From: the human T2T-CHM13v2.0 reference genome, Homo sapiens
DNA: 64,000 nucleotides
NCBI RefSeq assembly: GCF_009914755.1
Contig: NC_060930.1
Strand: one strand, 5' to 3'
Position numbers and translations under genes: made by a program
The notes under the pieces: generated by a model
What the model was told of the DNA's origin: nothing
Database searches by the model: none
Seen by the model: the letters and a program-made list of their open reading frames with translations, nothing else
In this document: piece by piece, positions 27,478-40,356 of the stretch
Layout: every line of letters begins with the position of its first letter
How positions within the stretch are numbered: the stretch's first letter is position 1

Positions 27478-28785
27478 AGTTGTTGTTTTATACAAATTTT
27501 GGGTGGTGTAAAAGCAGTAGATTACCACAGCAGCGACAGGTAACTGGAATGAAGGTTGATAACCTGTCTGTCTCTTCACTTTAATAAACATTCCACATTT
27601 TTCTTCCAATGTATTTTACTGAGATTTTATTTCCAATTAATTTTTTTGCCAATAATAAACATCCACTATTAAGTTCTCCATTTATTTTGACAGTTCAACT
27701 TTACAAACCATTACACATCTAACAAAACCATTTCCCAGGGCTTGGTTTCCAACTTATTTGTTTTAAAAGCTTCTTTCTTAACATCCTCTCCACTTACTGG
27801 AATTATTTCAGTTTTTCACCCTTTCTTCCAATCTATGTCTAAATTAGGTCATGACTAAAGACATAATTACTTGAAGCAAAATGCTGTGCACCCAACTATA
27901 AACATCATAAGTAAACATTCTGTCAGGTATAATAATTATTCAGCACTTATTATAAACAAAGTATCATACCAGTACTTCAGATGTTTATAATTATACATGC
28001 TTTATTAATGAAAATGGCTATATTGAGTTTTATATATCTACGCTCACAAGTATTATTTTGCCAGAAAAGCACATTTTAATATTTTCAACAAAAAGACTAT
28101 TGTTTGGTATAATTTTAATATAAACTTCAAACCATTGCATTTTTATAAATAAAGGCTATCTTATAACTTGCCACTCCATTTAATAGGTATAAATTGGTCA
28201 CTAACAAATCACAGTGTATATGACTCTTTGTAACTACCTGGCAGAAAAAAACTTAATCCTGCTGCCTCTAAGTGTTTAGTCACTTCGAGATTAAAGTTTA
28301 GATTTTGGTAGATATTTAGTTAAAACCAGGTACTGTTTTTAGGTACTGTTTGAGGCCAGCCTAGATGACCGTGTCATCTCAGTTACAATTCAAAGCTCCT
28401 TCCTGTAATTCTTTCCCTCCTAGTATCATGTCTATTTTCACCCTGCTCAGCCTTACAGGAGTGGCTACAGGGATACTGTTTTCTTGCTGGCATATATGAA
28501 AAGGGAACGAGCTGTATATCTGGTCAATAATATCCTTTTGCCAGTTCTAGAAAGTGTAGTGGAAAAACATGGGCAAGGCAGCTAATGGTACTGGCAAGAC
28601 AGTGGCTAAAGCAACAGCCCACAGTCTAGTACAGATAAAGAATGAAATGAAAACAGACATGATGAACAGGGAGAAAATGAAGAGGCTAAAACACTAAAGA
28701 AACTGAAGAATTGGTAGAATTTGAAAAAGGGAGAAGTGAAAGTTTAAGACATTCATTCATTTAATCAACAAGTATTAATACCTTC

Positions 28786-29190
28786 TAACATGGTTTAGAT
28801 CTGTGGCCCCACCCAAATCTCTTGTCAGATGGTAATCCCCAGTGTTGGAGGTGGGGCCTGGTGGGAGGTGACTGGATCATGAGGGTGGTTTCTAATGGTT
28901 TAGCACCATCCCCCTCTTGGTACTGAATAGTGAGTTAGTTCTCAGGAGCTCCGGTTGTTTAAAACTGTGTAGCACCTCCCCCTTCTCTTTCTTCCTCCTG
29001 GCCATGTGAAGCTCCTCACTCTCACTTTGTGTTCCATCGTGAGTAAAAGCTCCCTGAGGCCTCCCCAGAAGCAGAAGCCGATGTGCTTCTTGTACAACCT
29101 GCAGAACCATGAACGAATTAAACCTCTTTTCTTTATAAATTACCCAGTCTCAGGCATTTCTTTATAGCAGTGCAAGAATGGACTAATACA
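28786..29190 (+). mobile_element. MSTA-like MaLR solo LTR
   Basis: atggtttagatctgtggccccacccaaatctc...ggactaataca; 5-bp TSD ccttc/tcttc. Confidence 0.85.
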
Positions 29191-29545
29191 TCTTCCATGT
29201 GGCTGGAAGTTCTGGAGTTTAAGATTCAGAGGAAATGTGTATGAGTAGCTTGATTAAAGATAAAGATGACACAATTTGAAAATGTCAAGAAATGCAAAGC
29301 CAGGATGTTAGTGAACCCATGGACTGTGTCTCTTCAATATTAAGAAGCAACAGGGGAAGGTATAGGTAAAAGAGCTAGTTGGCCTAAACCTCAAGGAGGA
29401 ATAGTTTACAAGTTGCGGTATCGGAAAGCTAGAAGAAAGATTACCATCTTTAGGACCTTTGGTTGATGAACTGTGTGAAAATGAGCTGTGTTCACCTGCA
29501 AAGGCCACAGGAAAAGCAATATCCTGAGGAGAGAGCCAGGATTAC

Positions 29546-29843
29546 TTTTCTTTCTTTCTTTTTTTTTAATAGAGACAAGGTCACACTGTGTCATCCAGGC
29601 TGAAGTGCAGTGATGCAATCACAGCTCACTGTAGCTTCAAATTCCTGGACTCAAGCAATCCTCCTGCCTCAGCCTCCTAAGTATCTGGGACTACAGGTGT
29701 GTGCTACCATGCCTGGCTAATTATTTTTCTTTTTTTTTTTTTTTTTTTTTTTTTTGTAGAGATGAGCTCTCACTACGTTGCCCAGACTGGTGTTGAACTC
29801 CTGGCCTCAAGCAATCCTCTCTCAACCTATGGGCCACCACACC
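29546..29843 (-). mobile_element. AluJ
   Basis: Antisense diverged Alu with an expanded middle T-run. Confidence 0.85.
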
Positions 29844-30578
29844 TAAACTACTTTTCAACTAAAGTGAGGAGACTGAGTAATTTATGAAGAAGTGTGGCTG
29901 CAGAGAAGTTTGTTCAGCATGAAATAAGAGCTCTACAAAGGACTTATAAAAACGTGATGAGAGAGGATGGGAAGGGCTTGAGGAAGGGAGGGATAGGGAA
30001 AGATTTGTTAAAGGATACAAAAGTACCCTGATCTGATCACTAAACACTATATGTATCAAAACATCATACGTACCCCATCAATATCTACAATTATTTGTCA
30101 ATTGAAACAAAAGAAAAAAATAGGGGCAAGGCATAGTGGCTCACACCTGTAATCTCAACACTTTGGGAGCCTGCATTTGGACCTGGGATCCAGGCAGACA
30201 GAGGTATGAGGCAAGATGGACTGAACTGCTTGAGGCTTCCAAGACACACTCTAGTCTTACCATTTTGAACACAGCCAACTAGATTTTACACAGGATTACA
30301 AATATGCTTGAGAGGTGATCAGGGTTAGCCTTCTTACTTACAAATGTATAACTTTGAAAAAGTTATTTTAAACATCTCTAAGCCTCAGAGTTTTTTGGTA
30401 AAACAAAGAGAAAAATAACTACTTCAAGAAGTACCATGATTAAACAGCATAATGTATGTATAGTGCTTAACACAATAACGCACAATACACTTTTCAGTTT
30501 AATTGTTTTTGTTGTTACTGATGTGGCCCTCCAAAGAAATTGTAACCAGGTACACAGGGCATAAGATTGGTTAGTTTT

Positions 30579-30877
30579 GTCCTGGCATGGTGGCTCACAT
30601 CTGTAATCTCAGCACGTTGGGAGTCCAAGGCAGGCAGATTGCTTGAGCCCTGGAATAACAGCCTGGGCAACATGGCAAAATCCTGTCTCTATAAAAAATA
30701 CAAAAATTAGCCGGGTGTGGTGGTGTGAGCCAATAGTCCCAGCTACTCGGGAGGCTGAGGTGGGAGGATCACCTGCGCCTGGAAAGGTTGAGGCTGCAGT
30801 GAGCTGTGATCGCACCACTGCATTCCAGCCTGGGTGACAGAGAGAGACCCTATCTCAAAAATAAAAAATAAAAAAAA
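30579..30877 (+). mobile_element. AluJ
   Basis: Full Alu; TSD aagattggttagtt. Confidence 0.9.
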
Positions 30878-31749
30878 GATTGGTTAGTTCCACTGATCCC
30901 ACCTCATGGTAAAAGCAGTTGCACTTGGTAGGAGAAACAAAAGGACTCAGAATGCTCTGAGTTGGTCAGTTTCACTCAGATAAAGCTAAACATTAAGAGG
31001 TTTACCAAAGACTGCTTTGTCTCAGGTATTTTCTGTCTTATACATCTGTTAGATTGCAAGCTCCTGAAGCTTGACTTGTGTCCCCAAGAGTACATATAGG
31101 AATAAAATAAAACAACATTCTATACCTCAGGGATGGTAATTCTAGAGGGTACATTTAACACAGTATCTCTCCTTCTGTTAAATAACTTCATTGTTAATTT
31201 TCTAAAAGACATTTAGATTGAAGAGTCATTCAGATTTAAGATTAAACATCAACAAAAAGGTGAAACCCAAAAAGGTGAAACCCCCCCACCAAAAATCCAT
31301 ATACCTAGTAAATAGGAGAATATTGGTATATTTATTCATGCTATTCATTATTTTTCAGATGATAAAATATGCAAAAATTTTGTATAAATGAATAATCAGT
31401 TAGAAAAGACAGTACAATCAAATAACTCACTTAAATACATCACATGTTGCTGTAAAATTTGTGTTGTTTAACATTTGTTAAATATCTGTGTTTTTCTAGT
31501 TGCTGTTTAAAAAAACTTAAGCACAATAAGACTTTACATTCTAAGACGATATATTCCATATTATTAGCCACATGACTGCAGAACATACTGCATGTTAAAT
31601 TCCAATATCCAAATATAGAATGTCTTAGGCAGTTAGTCTTACTGGTTTCTATCTTGATATATGCCTTCCTTAAATGACCTAGAAGAATGTGCATGTTCAG
31701 TGTTTTTACTGGTAGTGTATATTCATAACATGTAACTGCGAACATGTTT

Positions 31750-31925
31750 GCAGTTCAACCCCAGCTCTTCTGGCACGTGGCCTCGAGCAAGTCACTTAAC
31801 CTCTCTAACATTCAGTTTCATGGTGAAATCTAGTATCAACCTCTTGGGATTATGGCAAGGATGAAATTAAACAGCATAAGAAAATAGCAGGTAATAGTTG
31901 CTCCAAAGTGGTATTTACTGTTATT
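31750..31925 (+). mobile_element. MIR
   Basis: MIR core gagcaagtcacttaacctctct..cagtttc. Confidence 0.65.
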
Positions 31926-32615
31926 AATTAGACTCAGTATTCCTCCCTCATAATAAAAAAAATGCGTCTTATTTTATAACTGTTCCTATAATTCAGCTTT
32001 ATCAGTTGACTTGCTTTGTCATACTAATAAACCAGCCTCCGGGTCACTGCCCTCATCAGTGTAGATTTAGCCATGAGACTCATAAAGCTCTCTTCCATCT
32101 CAACCCTACTATCTTTGGAGAGTTCAAAAATGCCTGTGGAACCCAAAATATCAGACTTATAGTTCTTTGGGATTCTAAATTCTAATAATTTTCACCCCCC
32201 CATAAACAATCTCAAGACTGTACCCCGGATCTTGTTATAACTTATCCACCTCTGAAGTCTTCATATAGCCTCCTCTCAGGCTACCACTCCTTGCCTTTAT
32301 CCCTCAACTTCTAGGCATTATCTTCATACATACCAATTGTCCTCTCAATCCCTAAGTTTTCTCTTAATCTATTAGCTCCATCCTACCTCACTTCCTTCCT
32401 TACACAGTAACTAATGGTAGATTAACTAAATTACTACCTACAAAAGCTCTTTAATTCTCTTAAAATGCAGTTCTTCAGTTCTTCAGCTACACCTACCAGG
32501 CAAAACTCAGGCTCTGGATTTGTAACCTGACTGCTTCTCTCCTCATATGCTCAACCATGGTCCTCTCCAAAGGACTGCATAGGACTTTCAGAAAACTGCA
32601 AAGCATTCAAACTGA

Positions 32616-32921
32616 GGCTGGGCATGGTGGCTTATACCTGTAATTCCAGCACTTTGGGAGGCCAAGGCAGAAAGACAGCTTGAAGCCAGAAGTTTGAGAT
32701 CAGCCTGGCAAACATAGTAAGATCTCATCTCCACACAAACACACACACAAAAATTAGCTGGGCATAGTGGCGCATACCTGTAATACCAGCTGTTCAAGAG
32801 GCTGAGGTGGGAAGATCCCTTGAGTCCAGGAGTTTGGAGCTGCAGTAAGCTATTACTATGTCACTGGACTCCAGCCTGGGAGAAAGAGTGAGACTCCATC
32901 TCTTAAAAACAACAACAAAAA
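32616..32921 (+). mobile_element. AluJ
   Basis: Full Alu; short TSD aaactga. Confidence 0.88.
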
Positions 32922-33245
32922 ACTGATACCAAATACCATGTTTCAATTCCTCTTGGGACAACCAGATGTCTTATGGATGCTTTCCTCTGTCTCTGGTCAG
33001 CTCTTTCCTTCTCTTTTCCTCAGCAACTATTCCAAATGTTTTCTACTCTGCTTAAGGCCCCAACCAACTACACATGATTTTAATTACCATCTACATGCTA
33101 ATGACTTTAACAATTTTATTTCTACTATTGATCTCTCCCTTTAGCATAGACACATATCCAAGTGCTTACTAAATGTTTCTACCTAGATGTACATGGCCAA
33201 CTAAAACTCTCAGAACTCTCCCATCAATTTTGCTTCTCTTGGGGT

Positions 33246-33719
33246 AACCATCCTCCAAAATAACCCCTAGTGATCTCTATCTCCTAGTATCAGAATCTTT
33301 CTGTAGTTATTTCCTACACTGTACCATGGTTGGTCCATGTAACCAATAGAATACAGCAAAGATGATGACATGTCACCATTCTGTGATCATGTTATGAAAA
33401 GACTATGGCTTCCATCTTGGTCTCTCTCCCTTCCCACCCCTCAGATCACTTACTATAAGAAGACCCATATGGTAAATAAAGTCTCCTAACAGCCACATGA
33501 GTGAACTCAAAAGTAAAATTTCTAGCCCTAGTCAACTCTTTACAGAGACTATCGCCCTGGCCAGCAGCTTGAATGCAACCTCATGAGAAGCCGAGCCAGA
33601 ACCACTCAGTTAAGTGACTCCTCGATTTCTGAATCTCAAAGTGTCAGATAATAAACACTTGCTGTTTTAAGCTGCCAAATTTGGGGATAATTTTTTACCC
33701 AGCAATAGGTAACTAACAC
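33246..33719 (+). mobile_element. MaLR LTR (MLT1E/F-like) within L2 remnants
   Basis: MLT1 3' end ttgctgttttaagctgccaaatttggggataatt...gtaactaacac. Confidence 0.65.
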
Positions 33720-33900
33720 GTGTCCTTCCTTTATTCTTATCTCAGTCAACGTTAATAGTTATCTAGTCCATCTAGTCACTCATTCACTCTCTCATTCATT
33801 CAGGAAACACCTGAGTACACAGTATATGACAGACCCGTTATCCTCAATCTTCTCCTACAACAAACTGTCACAAAGTGCTGCCAAATTTATCTCCAAAATG

Positions 33901-33973
33901 TTTCTCAAATCTCCTCCTCAGATCTGAGATTTCTCAAATCTCCTCCTCAGATTTGATATTTCTCAAATCTCCT
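33901..33973. repeat. 2.5 x 29-bp tandem repeat with internal palindrome
   Basis: Unit tttctcaaatctcctcctcagat(c/t)tga(g/t)a at 33901, 33930 and 33959. Confidence 0.85.
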
Positions 33974-34374
33974 ATCTCTCTACCACTATTGTCCTAATCC
34001 ATGGCCCTCATAATTTCTCACCAATACTATTACAATAGCTTCCCATTTAATTTCCTTGATTCCCATCTGTCTCTGCCAAGGGTGATCTATTTAAGACACA
34101 GAAAAGCAGTAGTACATGAGAGCTAAGGCAGCTAAGAATCAGGAGAAAGTTCTTTTCACGAATAAATGACCCCAGTATCTTTGCAGACAAGTAAGTTAAG
34201 CTTGATAGTTTCAGTAAAATAGCAGCTTATCCATCCCATGTGTACAGGGAAGGAAGAGAGGACACACGGTCCACAGCTGTGAACAATTCAGAGAACAACA
34301 TCATATAGTGCAGCAATACTGAGTGATCAGACAAAATTGGCCTACATGACTTTGTAGAGAGCCATGTTGTGGTA

Positions 34375-34720
34375 ACAATTTAACACCAAGTGTCTTAAAG
34401 CAACACAAATGTACTAACCTTAGAATTCCTGAGGTTAGAAGTCTGAAAATAGTTTTACTGGGCCAAAATCTGAAGGCTCTTGGGGAGAACTTGTTTCCCT
34501 GCCTTTTCCAGCTTCCAGAGGCCACCTGTGTTCCTTGGCTCCCTCTTTCACTTAGAAGGATCCTTGTGATTACAGTTGCCCATCCAAATAGTCAAGGATA
34601 ATCTCCCCATCTCAAGATCCCTAACCTAACCACATCTGCTAATGCTAATGTCAGATAACATCTTCACAGGTTCTAGGTATTAGAACGTGAACATCTTTGA
34701 GGGTGCCATTGTGCTGCTAC
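34375..34720 (-). mobile_element. MaLR LTR (MLT1B/C-like)
   Basis: ccttttccagcttccagaggccacc and ggataatctccccatctcaagatcc. Confidence 0.65.
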
Positions 34721-35616
34721 AGTCCAGTTCCATAATTTTCTCTAGCAATGCTCCACAATCCAGAAGTAAGAATAGAGAGAGCAAATAGCAACAGTGACTC
34801 AGGATTGAAGGTTAAAGATATACATGGTCCTAAATAGAGCAATATTATAGTAATGAGCTTGGCTCCAGATCAAATTGTTATTTATTCCAGGACAGTTATC
34901 TTTGCCAACTCCCTCATGATCACAGTAGTACTCTTAACTGGGTTCCTTTTTCTGATAATTACTAGGGGGTTGAAACAAGAAAGTGTGGACAGATATGAAT
35001 TGAATTGCAGAAGTTTTCTGTATGTTGCATAAGGTTAATTCAGAAACATCCAACCAAATGTGCTATAGCCTCGAACTGTATAAGATTTCAAGTTATCTTT
35101 AGGTACATAGACAAAGACTTTTAACAAAACCAACTCCCACAGTGACAATTTATGCTAGAAAAGAAGTAACTGCAAACATGTTTTAGGCAAATGATGACTA
35201 TGAAAGATTTTATTTAAACTAAAATAAATTATTTTTTAAAGGTTTTGCTCCATGCCCTGGAATCATTTACATATTTTTTTTCCTTTTTCTGATGTAGGGC
35301 AATGTGATAGATTCAAGTTTAGATCTTGAAGATTACAATTAACATACAAGGAAAGAATTTATCCCATGCTTATGATTGTAGGGTGGCCTGTAGGTGACTG
35401 GCAAGTCACACAAAAGATTAGTATTTCAGCCTCCATTATCCTTTCCACCCCTTTCATCTGAGGGTGTTTACTGAGATAATGAGAGTCAAAGTCACACTCA
35501 TGTGAGGGTGTTTAGGGTGGTAATAAGAGTCATAGTCACTTAGGCCCCTAACAATAGCTGATAAACAGCAGGAGCTAAGAAAACAGCAGATGCAAAGTTG
35601 TGCTTCCATTTTTAGA

Positions 35617-35940
35617 TACAGTTGATCTTCTTTACTCATGGACTCCCTATTTGTAAATTATCTTACTTGCTAAAATTTACATGTAACCCCAAAATCTAAC
35701 ACTCAAGGTGTGCTAAATAACCTTTGTTCAGGCATGAGTTATAGTGATATTTGGCTGTGGCTTCACTGTTAATGGATCAATATATATTTTAAAAGGTGTT
35801 TTAAACAGAAACACACATAAAACAAGGTTATACATTGATCAGTTGGTGAAAATGTTGTGACCAGAGGGTGTCAGGAACCTAGCTCTGTATTCTCCCTAGA
35901 CCATGCAATACAACGACCACGAATAATGAGAACTGACTAT
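35617..35940. mobile_element. Tigger-family MITE (MER82-like), internally deleted
   Basis: TA-flanked TIRs tacagttgatcttctttactcatgg / ccacgaataatgagaactgactata. Confidence 0.55.
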
Positions 35941-36021
35941 ATTTTATTTGCTGCTCAACCTTTACTTGACAGCTATGGTCCCCAACAATGTAGACTATAT
36001 ATCCATCAGAAAAGAAAATAT

Positions 36022-36200
36022 AGCTGGGCACAGTGGCTTGCACCTATAATCCCAGCTACTCAGAAAACTGAGGTGGAAGGATCACTTGACCCCAGGAGTG
36101 TAAGGTTGCAGCAAGCTATGATGGCACCCCTGCACTCCAGCCTGGGCAACATAGCCAGACTCTATCTCTAAAAAATAAATAAATAAACAAACAAACAAAA
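36022..36200 (+). mobile_element. Alu right monomer (FRAM-type)
   Basis: Single arm with A-rich tail. Confidence 0.82.
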
Positions 36201-36203
36201 TAA

Positions 36204-36562
<359 letters not shown>

Positions 36563-36639
36563 TAAAGAGTATGTCAGCAGAGGCTTAACCAAGTGGGGAG
36601 GGGATAGTGGGTACAAACTGACTTCTCTCTCCTGCATCA

Positions 36640-36800
36640 ATTATCTCCTTTAATCTTTATAATAATTCTATGAAGTACGCTTTGTCATTCTCATTTTACA
36701 GATGAGGACAAGACAGCCCTGAGTGGTTAAAATATGTATTAAAAGTCAAACACTAGGAAGTGGTGAAGGTGAACTTCAAATAAGGGAATGCCTAACTTAC
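36640..36800 (-). mobile_element. MIR
   Basis: ctcattttacagatgagga core. Confidence 0.6.
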
Positions 36801-37240
36801 TGAACCACACCTCTGACCCATATGATGGGCACTGCTGCCTCACTGGGCCGTTTGGCTCTGGGAACAATGTGGCTCTCCGGCTGCCCATGAGAAACCTAAA
36901 CCTAACACAAACACATTAACTCCGGGGTTTCCAAGACTGAAATTTCCTTTTACCCGCTCTACCCCCCAGCCAAATATATTAGAGATTTGTAACCAGAATA
37001 TGTCAACTGAGTCATCAAAACCTTATTAGAGAATTTAGAAGTATCAGTATAGTTTCTTTATCCAAGAAAAGCACGTACATAAGTTCTACCCAAAAAGAAC
37101 GAAACCAAATAGAAAAATTTGCCCATGATTACACATCTAAAATTTGTCAGAATTAATGTACTGATAAATATGTTGTAATTAAAATATATGATTAATATAT
37201 TCCAGTTACATTTTCTCAAGTCTGTTGGAAAATATATGTG

Positions 37241-37337
37241 AAGTATTAGGTTGGCACAAAAGCAACTGAGGTTCTTGCCATTGAAAATAAAGGCCAAAAC
37301 CACAATTACTTTTGCGCCAACCTAAATATATAGTCTG
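37241..37337 (-). ncRNA. MIR548B: pre-miR-548b hairpin (MADE1/Hsmar1 MITE-derived), intronic and sense to FAM184A
   Basis: Inverted repeat ttaggttggcacaaaagc...ttttgcgccaacctaa. The minus strand contains the recalled miR-548b-5p AAAAGUAAUUGUGGUUUUGGCC (37292-37313) and -3p CAAGAACCUCAGUUGCUUUUGU (37256-37277). Confidence 0.92.
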
Positions 37338-40055
37338 AAATGGAATAATAAATAGTATTAAATAATTAATAGTACCAAGCACAATGTCTTTCATAAAGTA
37401 GGCATTCGACAAGTTTACCAAACACATAGACCTATATATTCTACTTCGGTCATATCTAAGTATATTTTATTACTCTGAGTAGACCATTAAACACACACAC
37501 ACACACACCTTCCTCCCAAAATTCACTAGGCGAAACATCTAAAGGTAGGCAAAGAATACTATTTAGTATTTTGGTCATAAAATGTTTTCTGAAAGAAATG
37601 AGAATCTTTAAAACTGTGCTTAAGGAGCTACAGGATGAAAAATGCAAATACCTGTGAACACATAGACACACATTCGCCAGAATAAACAAAATCTGCTCAA
37701 CCACCAAGGCCAATGTCTAGAATTTGTAAATATCCAAATGCGACACTTCATTTTATAAGTAAAAAAGACATGACAAGTAAAAGGGCAAGTAACAATTTAT
37801 TCAGAAATTAAATATCAGCATTCATGGATTTGGCCTAATAGGACTAGCATAAGTTTGGTCCAATTTCCTATATATGCACTGATGATCCTAACAATGATCT
37901 GGAGTTGATGAAGAACTCCAGTGTGATATATGAATGGTATGATGTAAATGTAAGTATACTATATGAGAAAGTGAAAACTTATTAACCCCTATGGAAACTT
38001 CTAGTTAACTAAAATAATTCATTCTCTAATAATTTCGCATAAATAGGAATTTACCCTGTTATTTTACTAAAATTATCAATTTTATTGATAATTTAAATAT
38101 TAGTAATGCACTTTATAGATGAAATGTTTTACTTTCCAACTTCCTCAAACTTTGGTATAGAGATGGTACATGTAAATAAGGAAATACAGAATTAGCAATT
38201 AAAAAAATCGAAGTACTATCTCCTTTACAATTAAGTGAGGTAGCACATGGTAGCCAAGTCTAAAATATCCAAATCCCACATATGATTGTTAATCACTAAG
38301 TCTTGTTTTTCCATGTACTATAGATCCTTTGATAGTTTCAGCTTCCATTTGCATCTCAAGATAATAGTGTAAGATACAGGATAAAAAATTCATATATTCA
38401 ACTTCACTACTTTTTATACATTCTCGTTGAAGTTTTGGTAGAAAAGAAAGATGTAATCCTTGGTGAAATAAGGTTACAAATGACAGTTGTTCACTGATGT
38501 AATTTAGTTAAAAGTTAAGAATCAGAGATTTTCTAAAATTTTTGCTTGGTCTTAAAGGTTAAGCATACCAAAATACAACTGGCAATCTCCAACTTGCAAA
38601 TATCATTGTTTCAAAAATTCATTTTTATATATTAATTGATTGGCAGCCAAAGAATATTTTCCAATATTTTGAAGGACCATTAACTCTCTAGGTCAATCTA
38701 AAAAGCCCCCTATGGTTTAGACCACACTTGACATATAAAATATAAACCTAATAGTTTGATATGATTCCCCCATATCAAACTACCATTTATAACATTGTTT
38801 TTCTTTATTTTTATTTTTTAAAAAGTAGAGATGGGATCTCAATGTTGCTGTTTTTATTTATCTATTTATCTAATCCTGAAATCAGTTAGTGATTGTCTCC
38901 CATAGGTGTCTATCTCCAAAAAAGGGACATGGGGCACCAATTCTGACATTTACTTAATGTCCTTTACATTCTGAAGTGGGCTGCAGGATAGAAACTTCCT
39001 GTGGTGAATAAAAAGAATGGCGTTACGAACTCCCGTCATTCACATCCTTTCCATTTCATGGCATAATATTCAAATTTATTTGAATGCTTATGAAGATTTT
39101 CTTTAAAAAAAAAAAACTCACAAGATCAATTGAAAGGGCAAAATAACAGTATTTTATCAATACTCCCCTGGCCCCCATTACCTCCTATTTTCTTCCACAA
39201 ACTAATTAGCTTTATAGACCCAGGTTATTCTTCATTCCCATCTCACATTTAAGAGATACAAAATTTTCAAAAATATCACAATTTTAAAAGTTAAAGTATA
39301 GGGAACTTATTAATTAAAATGAAGAAATTACTCCAGTCACATATTCCTGCTGAATCTTTATCTTTCATAACACTTTTTAAGACCGGTGATTAGAGGCTAG
39401 CAAAGGATTTTCATAAACTAAACAGATAGTGAATCAATAAAAACTGGAAAACTTGCAATTTACTGTGTTTAGGAATGGGGTCTAAGCAACAATCTAATCA
39501 AGAATGAAAGCAGTCAAAAGAAAGACATTTAAAATAACCACAGTAGTAATTTTCACACCAAGTATGGCAGTCTCTAAGTTAATGTTATTTTAAATACGTT
39601 TCAGTTTGGAATGACTAAACCTGTTAATAAAAACATGAAAATATTATGACATTTAGCTGACAGCACACACAATAAACCTCTGTTACAAAGTGACCAAGTC
39701 ATAGTATACAAAATATACAACCTATAAACCCAGAAAGTTCCACAGTAAGTATACAGAGGAGACACAGGTTGGTTTCACCCTTATCAAAAATTTGATTCAG
39801 ATGGTAAGTAAAACATGGTTCCAACATGGAAAAACAATAACTCTGTGGTCTCTTATTGAATAAGTAATATTAGAAAGAAGGTAGACACAGGGAAAAGAGG
39901 CCTGTTAGTGTGGCCACCCCCACCTAGACCAATCTAGAGAGCTGAATGTGAGTCCAGGTTGAGTAATCTTCAAATGGCACCGAGCCCTCACACCTTCTAT
40001 ACTTATAAAATGAGAGGGTCAGCCTGGTCACAGTCTAAAGTCTAAACCTTTAATC

Positions 40056-40356
40056 TTTTTTTTTTTTTTTTTTTTTTTTGAGATAGAGTCTTGCTCTGTC
40101 ACTCAGGCTGGAGTGCAGTGGCATGATCTCAACTGCAACCTCCGCCTCCTGGGTTCAAGCAATTCTTGTGCCTCAGCCTCCCAAGTAGCTGGGATTACAA
40201 GCATCCACCACCACACCAGCTAATTTTTTGTATTTTTTGTAAAGACGGGATTTCACCATGTTGGCCAGGCTGGTCTCGAACTCATGGCCTCAAGTGATCT
40301 GCCTGCCTTGGCCTCCCAAAGTGCTGGGACTGTAGGCATGAGCCAGGGCACCCAAC
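40056..40356 (-). mobile_element. AluS
   Basis: Antisense Alu; TSD ctaaacctttaa. Confidence 0.92.

Noticed and set aside
31254-31283. Short direct duplications (aaaaaggtgaaaccc x2; similar ones at ~10918, ~28330, ~59315)
   Set aside because: Ordinary slippage microduplications with no sign of function.
37652-37716. Possible cryptic minus-strand exon (ttctag|...CAG|gtattt)
   Set aside because: Weak polypyrimidine tract and donor; cannot be supported without transcript data.
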